Virus record (IMG/VR): IMGVR_UViG_3300042392_001665
Location: 1-58,669 of that record
Strand: one strand, 5' to 3'
Length of the DNA: 58,669 bases
DNA from: a virus
Lineage: Duplodnaviria > Caudoviricetes
The notes under the pieces are model-generated. The model ran no database searches and was not told where the DNA came from. It was given only the letters and a program-made list of their open reading frames with translations. Within the stretch, counting starts at the first letter, position 1, and each line of letters begins with the position of its first letter. Shown here one piece after another: positions 36,001 to 46,042 of this stretch. The position numbers and the translations under genes are program-made.

Positions 36001-38835
36001 GTTACATATTCGTCTAACTCATATCTTGGGGTATATCCATATTATCATGGTATATTTCATCAAATTGTTAATGGATATAGTTTTTATAACCCATCTGGTT
36101 TTACAAAAACAAGTGCAACAGCTGTTAACGCTAGTTCAGAATACAATGGTGTAATAACTAGTGGAATTACAAAATATCTTTTAGAGAGACCCGCAACTAA
36201 AAGTGGATTTACTGCCACATCATTAGTTGATAACTCTAAGTTCAAGTCCACAGATATTAGGTACACGATATTACCATCCAATGGTGCATCAAAAATTAGT
36301 AATATAGTTGATGACTTTCCAAATCTATTACAAGATTCTTTTAGAATTATATTGGATGATAGTGATTTAACAAAACATCCCTTATATAATCTTTTATATT
36401 TTCCTCAATACAATGAGTCCTTTAAAACAACAAATAATTTATTTTCACTAACAGGAACTAAGAAAAAGGTTGTTGATCTAATTGCAACGTTTACTCCTAA
36501 AATGTTAGATGAGTTTGAAACCATGTTTTTAGAGTTTTCTTCATTAGATTTAGACATTGACAAACCAAATACTAGTACACATGATTACACATCTTTTCAA
36601 GAAATATTAAAAGAAATATGTAGCATTGATAAAACGGGTATTGATTTTACTGTTGATGGTGCTAGAGAAAAGGTCATTCAGGCACAAAATACTAGATTAG
36701 AAGCCTTAACAAAAAATTTATTAGCTAATAAGAATTTAAAAAAGTTAATTATTGGTAATCCAAAACAAATTGATAATTTTATTATAAATGGGTTTGTTGG
36801 AAAATCTAAATCATATCGCCCAAACATATTTGATTCATCACAGCTAACAGTAGCCAATAAAAAATTAATAGAATTATATATTGGTGAAAACATTACAGGT
36901 TCAACTTATAGTGGTATAACCAATTTATATGAGAACTTCTTTCAGGTTAACGATATTGAGGTTTCAGAAGAAAACATTTATTCTTATAGAGAACTATCTA
37001 GAATATATGCTGGATGGGTTAAAGATGGAAAAACAACTGATCAATTTTTTATCCCAACAAACACAGGGTTTAAAGCATACATAAAGGATAATATTTTTGA
37101 TCCACAGGACGTTAAACTTAGAAATTTTTTACAAACACTTATAGGTAAGTTTAGTAAGGGGTTAGCTAAAGAGAAAAACAAAGAAAAAATAACAGTATAT
37201 CATGGTTACAATGAAGCCAAAACAACAAAATTAGATTTATATCAATATTTTAAATCTTTTAATGATAAATGGATTGCTGGTAATGCTGTCGGTCAAAGAC
37301 ATTTAATGGACGAATTTTTATTCTTAGATAGAGCAAATGTAGACATTGGAGACAAGGCATACATAAGTTTAGAAAGATTAATTTCATTAGGTAGTGAAAA
37401 AAACGCAAAAATAGATTTATATAGTGCAATATCAACCTTAATACAAGGAACAAATTTTGATATGAGACCTTTACCGGCTTATGTGAATTTTTATGGTACC
37501 AATACTAGTAATAAAAAAAGAATAATACCATCTAAAAATTTAGCTAGAAATCTATTTGGTACATTTTTAGATGTTGATTATCAAGAATCATCACCAAAAA
37601 TTATTTTACAATATATTAACAAGACATCCCAATATTTGGATATGGCTAGGGTTAATAAAGAGTATAAATTTAAAACCGATAGTTTTGATATTAAAGATAC
37701 GAATAACAACCCTTTACTTGTTGAACCAAGAATATTCATGGATACAGACACCGCAAATTCAAATAGGGTTGTTTCATTTGAAGTTAATTTTGGTGATCAG
37801 GCACAGGGTGTTTTTAAAAGTATATCACTAGATCAAAGCACATATAAAAACACAAACGAGAGTGCACTTGCTCAAGAAAGATTAGCAAGATCACAAGGTG
37901 GTGGTGGAACACATTCTGTTGATGTTGGATTGTTTGACATTTATAAAACGGCGTCTTATCAATGTAGTGTTACCTGTATGGGTAACGTTATGTTACAACC
38001 TACAATGTATTTTTTTCTAGCAAATGTTCCCATGTTTAATGGTACGTACTTAATATTTGATGTTAGTCACTCAATAAAAGCGGGTCAATTTGAAACATCA
38101 TTTACCGGGGTTAGAATTTCAAATAGCACACTTCCATCTCTTGATAGTACATTTATGTCAAGTTATAGACCATTATTTAGTAGACTATTATCGTCTGCTG
38201 TTAAAAAGAAACAAAAAACTAATCCAAAAGTTACAACAGAAAGAGTAATAACAACTAAGGATAAACAAAGCTTTAGTGTTGATCCAGGATCGGCCGTTGC
38301 TAATGAAGATTTATCAAAAATAATTGTTAATGAATCTGGTTTATTACATGATATTATACCATTTAATGGTGCTAAAATAGGTAATTTAACAGAAAAGTAT
38401 ATTCAGTTTATTCAACCTACAAAGGGTCAACTTTGGCTTAGAACTAGAGTGGCATTATTTGGTGGATCAAATTATGATCCAACTGGGGAATTAGACTTAG
38501 TTAGTGGTTGGAAAGCATACCCAAATGTTATTAAAAAATATTCTGATATTAAAGAAAGCCTATTTGATTATTATTCAATTAGACTTGTTTTAAACAACAC
38601 TAACAAGGAAAAAATATTTAAGTTTAACACCGAGTTTTATAACCCATCTGCAGGTGTGACATATAAACTGGTTACCGATGTGAACCCATCTACAGGTAGA
38701 TTTGATGGCCCAGTACACAGCGGACCGGACATAACTGACCCTAAAGCTGGTATATATGGTATAGCTATGTGCGCAAAGCTTATGAAGAAATTAAAATTAA
38801 AGGAAGGGGATGTTGTGTATTTTAGATTAACTTAA
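33070..38835 (+). CDS. Very large baseplate hub protein (gp27/gpD-like termini)
   Basis: N-terminal 'FGIESINI...VSINFLDVRG'; C-terminal 'CSVTCMGNVMLQP...NGTYLIFDVSHSI..GQFETSFTGVR'. Confidence 0.6.
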   Translation: MGNSNLNQNENILVVVDQQNIVHVDPNTIIDQNGQLQSRLVDHENLVMYVNLEADLVPRSIFYSDSEKNTLTSLASGTFNMMRNQGDKNEFENNFDTNWTETFVPISSKQDTINAVINAFAGTNLNRSTTYDPSAQTFGIESINIVVKGPNNIPQVSINFLDVRGKTLFDSPDNSPYKAFFHQPWPIFYLTVKGFYGKAIRYRIQLVDFKTKFNGNTGNFEISTKFVGSTYAFLNDILLANIVNAPYMYMVESSEPYRTNNKTGFVEKKISKTTKGYSILKSVYSDYKAKGYIPKDFPVKTLRELLMTATGIESIIETALFSQTVNPDVLSDVAEFDKLLGNLENMVISWSNRYLTKTEEKTKDGDFYYPLNKTTSDRTQTSTGPANADIVSGTTNNSSLKSKIDKYIIDLENNVAFGKLAGSKEIKNKDSIKTKTISLNSIRNITDFFFFEDGKYWVSNEKLVDRIKKIQNEFITSRESVEKGVEDAMNTVIQNNEGGFGFKPTIRNIFAVILANADTYIRLMKDVHRKAIQRSEFRKKEIIGISDNKDEVIYPWPEVKKKGNKESYSFYYPADSQVVESTKGKNFSLWPEVEFVETYNSVATKRVDAESGKEIFPSDLMFVFDGKDESREVRAVSTLFKINDKYPYTDKSLSSILYEIFERAHYITSYNNFTTDKVISEICNKEFETLSSAIDGDVDVREVLSQQIKGKQELVNFMFSYSKNERYPYYQDRLPTIDYIKELVDRDFDIIEYNGAVTNSVTDSAYPELQDYLNNYVVDPYRLKEFPFNSTLYQSYIGNKVLKESDYKYVNILKVNQDDNFISSPINSESWILSAFTKNIFTQKITLSGQTRNLLNTPYFHKQLYNDFFKGGVSERYVGSAYILLNSLPFKDLDDIIDFNGNKILMSSLFKEVAATHYVPYYLILKWGSIYHRYKKQLKEGIDILSGVTTSINGSTFFDNGTNVTFNLSGITPSMSAVTYSSNSYLGVYPYYHGIFHQIVNGYSFYNPSGFTKTSATAVNASSEYNGVITSGITKYLLERPATKSGFTATSLVDNSKFKSTDIRYTILPSNGASKISNIVDDFPNLLQDSFRIILDDSDLTKHPLYNLLYFPQYNESFKTTNNLFSLTGTKKKVVDLIATFTPKMLDEFETMFLEFSSLDLDIDKPNTSTHDYTSFQEILKEICSIDKTGIDFTVDGAREKVIQAQNTRLEALTKNLLANKNLKKLIIGNPKQIDNFIINGFVGKSKSYRPNIFDSSQLTVANKKLIELYIGENITGSTYSGITNLYENFFQVNDIEVSEENIYSYRELSRIYAGWVKDGKTTDQFFIPTNTGFKAYIKDNIFDPQDVKLRNFLQTLIGKFSKGLAKEKNKEKITVYHGYNEAKTTKLDLYQYFKSFNDKWIAGNAVGQRHLMDEFLFLDRANVDIGDKAYISLERLISLGSEKNAKIDLYSAISTLIQGTNFDMRPLPAYVNFYGTNTSNKKRIIPSKNLARNLFGTFLDVDYQESSPKIILQYINKTSQYLDMARVNKEYKFKTDSFDIKDTNNNPLLVEPRIFMDTDTANSNRVVSFEVNFGDQAQGVFKSISLDQSTYKNTNESALAQERLARSQGGGGTHSVDVGLFDIYKTASYQCSVTCMGNVMLQPTMYFFLANVPMFNGTYLIFDVSHSIKAGQFETSFTGVRISNSTLPSLDSTFMSSYRPLFSRLLSSAVKKKQKTNPKVTTERVITTKDKQSFSVDPGSAVANEDLSKIIVNESGLLHDIIPFNGAKIGNLTEKYIQFIQPTKGQLWLRTRVALFGGSNYDPTGELDLVSGWKAYPNVIKKYSDIKESLFDYYSIRLVLNNTNKEKIFKFNTEFYNPSAGVTYKLVTDVNPSTGRFDGPVHSGPDITDPKAGIYGIAMCAKLMKKLKLKEGDVVYFRLT

Positions 38836-38882
38836 GAAAAATACCAATTATTGAAGTATTTATAGGTATATATTTTAACACT

Positions 38883-39080
38883 ATGGAAAAAATAAATAAA
38901 TCAGTAGATCAGTTTTTGAACCAAAAGGTTTCAAAACAAGTATCAAATGACTCAATGGAGAGAGAAGAATGTGATTTACAAACTGGCGAATGCTATGTTA
39001 TTAGATCAAAAGATGGTATCGTTGAAAGAATAAATAAAAAATACATTACCGAAGACGGTAGACAACTATTACAAGACTAA
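38883..39080 (+). CDS. Small hypothetical protein
   Basis: 65 aa with TATTTATA upstream. Confidence 0.7.
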   Translation: MEKINKSVDQFLNQKVSKQVSNDSMEREECDLQTGECYVIRSKDGIVERINKKYITEDGRQLLQD

Positions 39081-39084
39081 TGCT

Positions 39085-39723
39085 ATGTTAGAACAAAAAC
39101 TTTTAGAAGAAATAAATAGATATAAATCTATTAACAAAAACGCAAAATCACTTTATTTAATTGATGAGCAAGAATTACCGCCAGCACCACCAGCACCAGA
39201 CATGGCAGCAGGTGACACAGGTACTGAAGATCTTCCAATGGCAGAGCCAACAGGCGCGCCTGAAGCTGGATCTCTACCAGATTCACCAGAAACATCAAGC
39301 ACAGAAGAGGTGGATGTTACTGATTTAGTTAACATGACTAAAAACATTAAAAACGAATTAGAAGCATCTAAAGGTGAACAAAGCGGTGTTATGCAACAAA
39401 TGGATGCGGTATTCAGTAAGTTAGATGATCTTGAGATTAAATTAGGTAATATGGACGCGGTTATCGCTAAAATTGACCAACTAGGTGCAAAGATAGATGA
39501 TGCTAAACCACAAACACCTCAGGAAAAATTGGAAATGCGTTCTTTGGACTCATATCCTTTTAATGAGAAACCACAAGAGTTTTTTGCACATAAACAACAA
39601 GAAATGAGAGCTAGCGGTAAAAACGAATATGTTTTAACTAAAAGTGACATTCAAAATTATTCCAAAGAAGATGTGACAACATCATTTAATCCTTTTGAAG
39701 ATGAACAACAACCTCAGTTCTAA
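39085..39723 (+). CDS. Acidic coiled-coil protein, possible head scaffold/internal protein
   Basis: N-terminal 'LLEEINRYKSI', Pro/acidic linker, then coiled coil. Confidence 0.65.
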   Translation: MLEQKLLEEINRYKSINKNAKSLYLIDEQELPPAPPAPDMAAGDTGTEDLPMAEPTGAPEAGSLPDSPETSSTEEVDVTDLVNMTKNIKNELEASKGEQSGVMQQMDAVFSKLDDLEIKLGNMDAVIAKIDQLGAKIDDAKPQTPQEKLEMRSLDSYPFNEKPQEFFAHKQQEMRASGKNEYVLTKSDIQNYSKEDVTTSFNPFEDEQQPQF

Positions 39724-40081
39724 TGTAAATTTATTTCTAGGTTTGCAGTGCCAATTTAAGATAATGCATTGGCAGACAAAGGGTTATGCTAGACACCAAG
39801 CATTTGGTAATATTTATGACACCTTAGATGATCTAATAGATACCTATGTTGAGGTTTCAATGGGTAAATTTGGTAGATTTGTGTTAGATGAATCAACTAG
39901 AAATATTGAAATATTTAACCTACAAGATATTGAAATCGTTAAGTTCATTCAAAAAATAAAACAATTTTTAATTGAGCTAGGTAAGGAATTATCACCAGAA
40001 AGTGATACCGACTTATTGAACATAAAAGATGAGATGCTTGCAGAAGTCAATAAATTAGCCTATCTTTTGACCTTAGAATAG
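39695..40081 (+). CDS. Ferritin/Dps-like four-helix protein (DUF5856-like)
   Basis: 'HWQTKGYARHQAFGNIYDTLDDLIDTYVE...NIKDEML..VNKLAYLLTL'. Confidence 0.75.
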   Translation: MKMNNNLSSNVNLFLGLQCQFKIMHWQTKGYARHQAFGNIYDTLDDLIDTYVEVSMGKFGRFVLDESTRNIEIFNLQDIEIVKFIQKIKQFLIELGKELSPESDTDLLNIKDEMLAEVNKLAYLLTLE

Positions 40082-40111
40082 TCATAAAAATATTTTTTAT
40101 AAAAAAGTAAG

Positions 40112-40138
40112 ACCGGATTTTTTAATCCGGTTTTTTTT
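40112..40138 (+). terminator. Rho-independent terminator
   Basis: ACCGGATT-TTTT-AATCCGGT followed by a T-run. Confidence 0.85.
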
Positions 40139-40183
40139 ATGTATATTTTGATATAAGATTTTTAACAATTAAAAAAAACTATT

Positions 40184-41020
40184 ATGGCAACAGTAGATTC
40201 AGTGCTAGCACAGTACGAAAAAAACAAAAACGCTACAAGTAGCAACGCAAACAAAATGTCGAGTGAAGACAGATTGAAAAGGTATTTTACAACAGTTCTT
40301 CCTAAGGGAGTAAAGTCTGGTGAAAAGCGCATCAGAATCCTACCAACAGTAGATGGTGAGACGCCTTTTAAAGAGGGGTACTTTCACGAAATACAAATTG
40401 ATGGTAATTGGACGAAGTTATACGATCCAGCACAAGAAGGTAAACGTTCACCTTTGAATGAAGTAAAAGATGCATTATATGCAACTAAGGTTCAGTCTGA
40501 TGCTGAATTAGCACGTCAATATCGTTCACGCAAATTCTATATCGTTAAGGTTATTGATAGAGACAATGAGCAAGATGGCCCAAAATTTTGGAGATTTAAG
40601 CATAATGCTAAAGGAGATGGTATCATGGATAAAATCTTCCCTGTCTTTCAAAAGAAGGGTGACATTACTGACATTGAAACGGGTAGAGATGTTACATTAT
40701 TTTTAACATTAACTAAATCTGGTAATGGTAAAGAATATACATCAATTAATTCTGTTATGCCAGAAGATCCAACACCACTCCATGTTGATCCAACACAAGC
40801 TAGTGCTTGGGTAAATGATGAAATGACATGGAATGATGTTTATGCTAAAAAACCAGAAGAATATCTAGAAATGGTTGCTAAGGGAGAAACCCCAACTTGG
40901 GATGTTGATACTAAGAAATGGGTATCAAATTCTCAGGGAGAAGAAGTGTTTAAAGCGCCTTCTGCGCCTATTCAAGATCCTCAAGAAGAAGAGGACACAG
41001 ATGAGAACTTACCGTTCTAA
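40184..41020 (+). CDS. Single-stranded DNA-binding protein (T4 gp32-like)
   Basis: 'IRILP', 'FYIVKVIDR', 'D...GRDV.L', acidic tail ending 'DENLPF'. Confidence 0.8.
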   Translation: MATVDSVLAQYEKNKNATSSNANKMSSEDRLKRYFTTVLPKGVKSGEKRIRILPTVDGETPFKEGYFHEIQIDGNWTKLYDPAQEGKRSPLNEVKDALYATKVQSDAELARQYRSRKFYIVKVIDRDNEQDGPKFWRFKHNAKGDGIMDKIFPVFQKKGDITDIETGRDVTLFLTLTKSGNGKEYTSINSVMPEDPTPLHVDPTQASAWVNDEMTWNDVYAKKPEEYLEMVAKGETPTWDVDTKKWVSNSQGEEVFKAPSAPIQDPQEEEDTDENLPF

Positions 41021-41076
41021 TTAATTAAAGGGGTGGAGATAACGTCAGAAGCCCCATATTTTAAAACAAAAACACA

Positions 41077-42093
41077 ATGGCAGCAATCAAGAAAAAACAA
41101 TTTAGCGACGAAGATATTCTAAAAGAATTTTCGACAAAAACAAAATACAAGGATACTAACTATTACTATTGTGGTCAGGCATATCTAGATGCTTGTGGTA
41201 TGCCGGGTCCAGTTATGGGTGGTATTAATATGTTCTTAGGACACTCTAACTCATCTAAAACAACAGCAATGATTTTAGCTGCGGCAGATGCACAAAAGAA
41301 GGGGCATTTACCTGTTTTCATTATTACAGAAAAAAAATGGAATTGGGAACATGCCGTTCAATTAGGACTTCAGGCCGAGCAAGATGAGGATGGTGAATGG
41401 CACGGTAACTTTATCTTTAACGATGGGTTTGATTATATTGAAGAAATCACTGAGTTCATTAATAAATTAATTGATGCTCAAGCTTCTGGAAAATTAAATA
41501 AATCATTATTGATCTGTTGGGATTCTGTTGGATCTGTTCCATGTAAAATGACATTTGAAGGTAAAGGTGGTAAACAACACAACGCTTCAGCATTAGCAGA
41601 TAAAATTGGTATGGGTATTCATTCAAGAATTTCTAAATCAAAAAAAGAGGATTATCCCACAAAAGAGAATCCATTGTATGTAACAATGATTGTTGTTAAT
41701 CAACCATGGGTAGAACTTCCAGATAACCCTTTTGGGCAACCAGAAATTAAAGCAAAAGGTGGAGAAGCATTATGGTTAGCATCATCAATTGTTTTCTTAT
41801 TCGGTAATCAAAAGAAAGCCGGTATCAACCATATTGATGCGGTTAAAGGCGGAAGAAAGGTTACATATGCAATCAGAACTAAAATCTCAATTCTTAAGAA
41901 CCACGTAAATGGTTTGGCATATAGAGATGGTAAGATCATTGCGGTTCCACAAGGATATATTCATGATACCAAAGAAGCTCTAGAAACTTATAAGAAAGAT
42001 TATTCTGATTACTGGAATAAGGTACTTGGTGGGTTTGGTGAAGGAGATATCACATTTTCTGAATCTGAATATGAAGAAATTGGTGGCGAATAG
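41077..42093 (+). CDS. uvsX: RecA/UvsX-like recombinase
   Basis: Walker A variant 'GHSNSSKTT', 'VFIITE', 'WDSVG', 'VVNQ', 'KGGEAL'. Confidence 0.85.
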   Translation: MAAIKKKQFSDEDILKEFSTKTKYKDTNYYYCGQAYLDACGMPGPVMGGINMFLGHSNSSKTTAMILAAADAQKKGHLPVFIITEKKWNWEHAVQLGLQAEQDEDGEWHGNFIFNDGFDYIEEITEFINKLIDAQASGKLNKSLLICWDSVGSVPCKMTFEGKGGKQHNASALADKIGMGIHSRISKSKKEDYPTKENPLYVTMIVVNQPWVELPDNPFGQPEIKAKGGEALWLASSIVFLFGNQKKAGINHIDAVKGGRKVTYAIRTKISILKNHVNGLAYRDGKIIAVPQGYIHDTKEALETYKKDYSDYWNKVLGGFGEGDITFSESEYEEIGGE

Positions 42094-42132
42094 CGGAATT
42101 TATATTGTTTAACATTTAACACAATAGACGAA

Positions 42133-43155
42133 ATGTCTAATACATTATTGGTTGATGGAGATAATTTATTAACCATAGGTTTTTACGGTCAGAAAAATAG
42201 ATTTTATAAGGGTCGTCATATAGGTGGTTTATTTCACTTTATTGACACTCTTAGAAGATCGTTTGAAACATATCGTCTAGACAAAATTTGTGTCTTCTGG
42301 GACGGCAAAGAGGGGTCTCAATCAAGAAAGAAGATATATCATCACTACAAAGAAAATAGAAAGCAAAGAAACAGAACAGAAGAGGAAATCAACTCGTATC
42401 AATATCAAAGAAATCGGATAAAACAATATCTGGAAGAATTATATGTTAGACAAGCTGAATTTGAATACTGTGAATCTGATGATTGTATTGCCTTCTATAC
42501 GCAAACATCCCCAAATGAAAAGAAAATAGTTTATTCTTCAGATCGAGACCTTGTTCAATTAATCAATGATAATGTTGTATTGTATAACCCGTCTCATAGA
42601 AGGTTATATTCTAAAAACGAAATCATACCTTATGATCACGAGGAGATATTAATTGAAAATGTAAAATTAGTTAAAATACTATGTGGTGATCCCTCTGATA
42701 ATATATTTGGTATTAAAAATTTGGGGATAAAAAGGCTCATTACGTTGTTTCCTGAAATAAAAACAAAAGAGTTATCTTTACAAGAAGTTAGAAATCAATG
42801 TGATTTATTATTTCAGTCTGATAAGGAAAACAAACTAATACAAAATTTTCTAACTGGTGTCACAAAACTGGGTGTCTTTGGGGATGAGTTCTTTGAGATA
42901 AACAATAAAATGGTTTGTTTAGATGACCCAATTTTAACAGAAGAGGCTAAAACTGGAATAATTTCCTTAATTAAAGAAAATATGGATTCCGAGGGTCGTT
43001 CATATAAGAATATGATGAGATTGATGCAGGAAGATGGATTCTTTAGTTTGATACCTAAATCAGATGATGGGATGGTAAATTTCTTAAACCCATTCTTAAG
43101 ATTAACAAGAAAAGAAAAAAATAATAAAATAATAAAATTTAATATTAAAAAGTGA
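42133..43155 (+). CDS. 5'-3' exonuclease / flap endonuclease (Pol I N-terminal, T4 RNase H-like)
   Basis: 'LLVDGDNL', 'YKENR', 'ESDDCIA', 'SSDRDL.QL', 'GDPSDNIFGI'. Confidence 0.93.
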   Translation: MSNTLLVDGDNLLTIGFYGQKNRFYKGRHIGGLFHFIDTLRRSFETYRLDKICVFWDGKEGSQSRKKIYHHYKENRKQRNRTEEEINSYQYQRNRIKQYLEELYVRQAEFEYCESDDCIAFYTQTSPNEKKIVYSSDRDLVQLINDNVVLYNPSHRRLYSKNEIIPYDHEEILIENVKLVKILCGDPSDNIFGIKNLGIKRLITLFPEIKTKELSLQEVRNQCDLLFQSDKENKLIQNFLTGVTKLGVFGDEFFEINNKMVCLDDPILTEEAKTGIISLIKENMDSEGRSYKNMMRLMQEDGFFSLIPKSDDGMVNFLNPFLRLTRKEKNNKIIKFNIKK

Positions 43156-43610
43156 AATTTATGAACACTAACATGCAAGACCCAAACAAATTTGAGTTTT
43201 TATTAACGCTAGACGGAAATATAATTTGTCAAAGATTTTTCAATGTCAGAGATTACAATCCAAAGACACGTAGATCAATGAATATACACGAAGAAGTAAA
43301 ATATATTTGTGCGGAAATTTCAGAAGATTTAAAAATGAGAAGTTCTGATTATCTATGCGAAAATCAAGGATTTTTTATGAATAGCGAGATTGTGGAAGAC
43401 CCTAAAGAACTGGATGAACAGTATTTTTTATTGCAACTTAAACATGGCGACGATGTATTTATTGAAAGAATTTTCCCAGCACATCATTACCATCCAAAGG
43501 TAAGATATGCTGTAGATATCAGGCCAAAACTGAGAAAGATTTTGACCGATTTAACTGAAGTTTTGTCACACACTAACCCTGAAACGACTTACCTTCATTA
43601 TCAACTTTAA
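43152..43610 (+). CDS. Hypothetical protein in the replication operon
   Basis: ORF between the exonuclease and helicase; true start may be ATG 43161 or 43173. Confidence 0.7.
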   Translation: MKFMNTNMQDPNKFEFLLTLDGNIICQRFFNVRDYNPKTRRSMNIHEEVKYICAEISEDLKMRSSDYLCENQGFFMNSEIVEDPKELDEQYFLLQLKHGDDVFIERIFPAHHYHPKVRYAVDIRPKLRKILTDLTEVLSHTNPETTYLHYQL

Positions 43611-43638
43611 TTTTTAAAATATTTGAAATAACATACAT

Positions 43639-45036
43639 ATGAATGACATAAATTTTGGCCAGTTAGGTGCTAACTATCAGTTATCTTTACTTAAGCTGAT
43701 CATTGAAGACAGAAAGTTTTCGGAAACAATAATAGAGGTTATCGAACCTGATTATTTTGACAACAGTGGTATGAAATTCATTGTTCAAAATATTAAAGAA
43801 TATTTTGAAACATTTGGTAAGACAGTTCCACAATACAATGCGATCGAAGAACAGATAAAGGCTGAAAGTATTTCTGATACTAATAGAAAGTCAAATCTTG
43901 ATATGTTATCAAACATTAAAAACCATATTATAGAACCAGGAAGTGTTCCCGGAACTAAGGATAAGGCAATTAAATTTTGTAAGCAACAAGTAGTAAAGAA
44001 AGCAATTAAGAAAATTGAAGAAATTACTAAAAGGGGTGACTTTGAACAGTATAATACTATTGAGAAAATAATTCAAGATGCCCTTCAGGTTGGTGTTATG
44101 GACCACGAAATTGAAGACGTGTTTGATAATGTCTTAATGGCATTACAAGCGGACAATAGAAGACCAATTCCAACCGGAATTAAGGGTATTGATGGATTAT
44201 TAGATGGTGGGTTAGGTAGAGGAGAGTTAGGGGTTGTATTGGCTCCAACAGGTACTGGTAAAACAACACTGTTAACCAAATTTTCCAATGAAGCATACAA
44301 TGATGGTTATAATGTTGTTCAGATCTTTTTTGAAGATAATATTAATAATATTAAAAGAAAACATTTTACCATCTGGACCGGTGTTTCTCCAAAAGATCAA
44401 CCACTACAAGCTGATAAGATTGAAGAAATTGTTGCTGAAAAAAGAAAACAATCGAAAGGTGAACTTAGATTATTAAAGTTACCAAGTGATTCTGTTACCA
44501 TTTCTGAAATAAAATCTAAATTAAGAAAGCTTCAAGCTGATGGATTTCGAATAGATTTAGTAACTTTGGATTATGTTGATTGTATCACCCCAGAAAAGAC
44601 GAATTACAATGAAGAATGGAAAGGAGATGGTGCAATCATGAGACAATTAGAATCTATGACATCTGAATTTGATGTGGCTATTTGGACAGCAACACAAGGT
44701 AATAGAGAATCTATTAAGAGTGAAGTTGTAACAACAGATCAAATGGGTGGTTCAATTAAGAAAGCTCAAATTGGTCACGTTGTTTTATCTATTGGTAAAA
44801 CGATTGAACAAAAAGAACAAAATTTGGCAACATTAACGTTGTTAAAATCTAGAATTGGTAAAGATGGTGTTATTTTTAATAATTGTAAATTCAATAACGA
44901 GTTTTTAACTATTGATACAGATTATCAAAATACCCTACTTGGTTATAAAGAAGAAAAAGAAGAACAAAAGAGAAACAGAACCAATACTGTTTATCAAGAC
45001 TTCTTACAGAAAACAACAACAACAATTAAAAACTAA
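43639..45036 (+). CDS. dnaB: Replicative DnaB-family helicase (gp41-like)
   Basis: 'IPTGI..ID..L.GGL', 'APTGTGKT', 'LDYVD', 'WTATQGNR', 'KSRIG'. Confidence 0.92.
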   Translation: MNDINFGQLGANYQLSLLKLIIEDRKFSETIIEVIEPDYFDNSGMKFIVQNIKEYFETFGKTVPQYNAIEEQIKAESISDTNRKSNLDMLSNIKNHIIEPGSVPGTKDKAIKFCKQQVVKKAIKKIEEITKRGDFEQYNTIEKIIQDALQVGVMDHEIEDVFDNVLMALQADNRRPIPTGIKGIDGLLDGGLGRGELGVVLAPTGTGKTTLLTKFSNEAYNDGYNVVQIFFEDNINNIKRKHFTIWTGVSPKDQPLQADKIEEIVAEKRKQSKGELRLLKLPSDSVTISEIKSKLRKLQADGFRIDLVTLDYVDCITPEKTNYNEEWKGDGAIMRQLESMTSEFDVAIWTATQGNRESIKSEVVTTDQMGGSIKKAQIGHVVLSIGKTIEQKEQNLATLTLLKSRIGKDGVIFNNCKFNNEFLTIDTDYQNTLLGYKEEKEEQKRNRTNTVYQDFLQKTTTTIKN

Positions 45037-45042
45037 ACAAAC

Positions 45043-46020
45043 ATGACAGAAAAAATTTTAATGGACAATCCAGGACGTTTTGTCCTTTTCCCAATACAGC
45101 ACGATGATTTATGGAGATTATTTAAACAACAGGAGGCATGTTTTTGGACGGCAGAAGAAATTGATCTTGGACAAGACGTATATGATTGGGAGAATAAACT
45201 AAATGCAGATGAACAACATTTCATAAAGCACGTATTAGCTTTCTTTGCTGCATCAGACGGGATTGTCAATGAAAATTTAGCAATGAATTTTGTTAATGAA
45301 GTTCAATATACGGAAGCGAAGTTTTTTTACTCGTTCCAAATGATGATGGAAAACATCCACAGTGAAACATATTCATTATTGATTGATTCATACATCAAAG
45401 ATAAAGAAGAACAAAATAATTTATTTAATGCTATTGAAACCATACCAGCAATTAAGAAAAAAGCAGATTGGGCTATCAAATGGATTAACTCGGATTCTTT
45501 TGTTGATAGACTAGTAGCTTTTGCTGCTGTTGAAGGTATCTTCTTTTCTGGTTCTTTTTGTTCAATCTTCTGGTTAAAAAAACGTGGGTTAATGCCTGGT
45601 TTAACTTTTTCTAATGAATTAATTTCTCGTGATGAAGGTATGCATTGTGATTATGCTTGTCATTTATTTAATAACCATATTGAAAAGAAAATTTCAGAAA
45701 AAAGGGTTAAAGAGATTATATGCGGTGCATTAGAGATTGAAAAGGAATTTATATTAGAAGCATTACCAGTCCGTTTAATTGGTATGAATTCTGAATTAAT
45801 GAGTCAATACTTGGAATTTGTTACCGATAGATTGTTAGTTGCTTTAGGTTGTTCTAAAGTTTACAATTCAGAAAATCCATTTGACTTTATGCAAAACATT
45901 GCATTACAGGGTAAAACAAACTTTTTTGAAAAAAGAGTTGCCGAATATCAAAAGGCCGGCGTGAATAAAACAAATGAGTCAGAAGATTTAAATTCTGCAT
46001 TTGGTGATGTTGATTTTTAA
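45043..46020 (+). CDS. nrdB: Class Ia ribonucleotide reductase beta subunit
   Basis: 'FWTAEEIDL', 'DGIVNENL', 'ENIHSETY', 'EGIFFSGSF', 'RDEGMH'. Confidence 0.97.
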   Translation: MTEKILMDNPGRFVLFPIQHDDLWRLFKQQEACFWTAEEIDLGQDVYDWENKLNADEQHFIKHVLAFFAASDGIVNENLAMNFVNEVQYTEAKFFYSFQMMMENIHSETYSLLIDSYIKDKEEQNNLFNAIETIPAIKKKADWAIKWINSDSFVDRLVAFAAVEGIFFSGSFCSIFWLKKRGLMPGLTFSNELISRDEGMHCDYACHLFNNHIEKKISEKRVKEIICGALEIEKEFILEALPVRLIGMNSELMSQYLEFVTDRLLVALGCSKVYNSENPFDFMQNIALQGKTNFFEKRVAEYQKAGVNKTNESEDLNSAFGDVDF

Positions 46021-46042
46021 AAAAAAATAATAGAAGATAAAA

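Noticed and set aside
41029-41057. GGGG...CCCC element between SSB and UvsX as a structured ncRNA
   Set aside because: Only a short imperfect stem; could be a weak terminator or processing site, too little to call.
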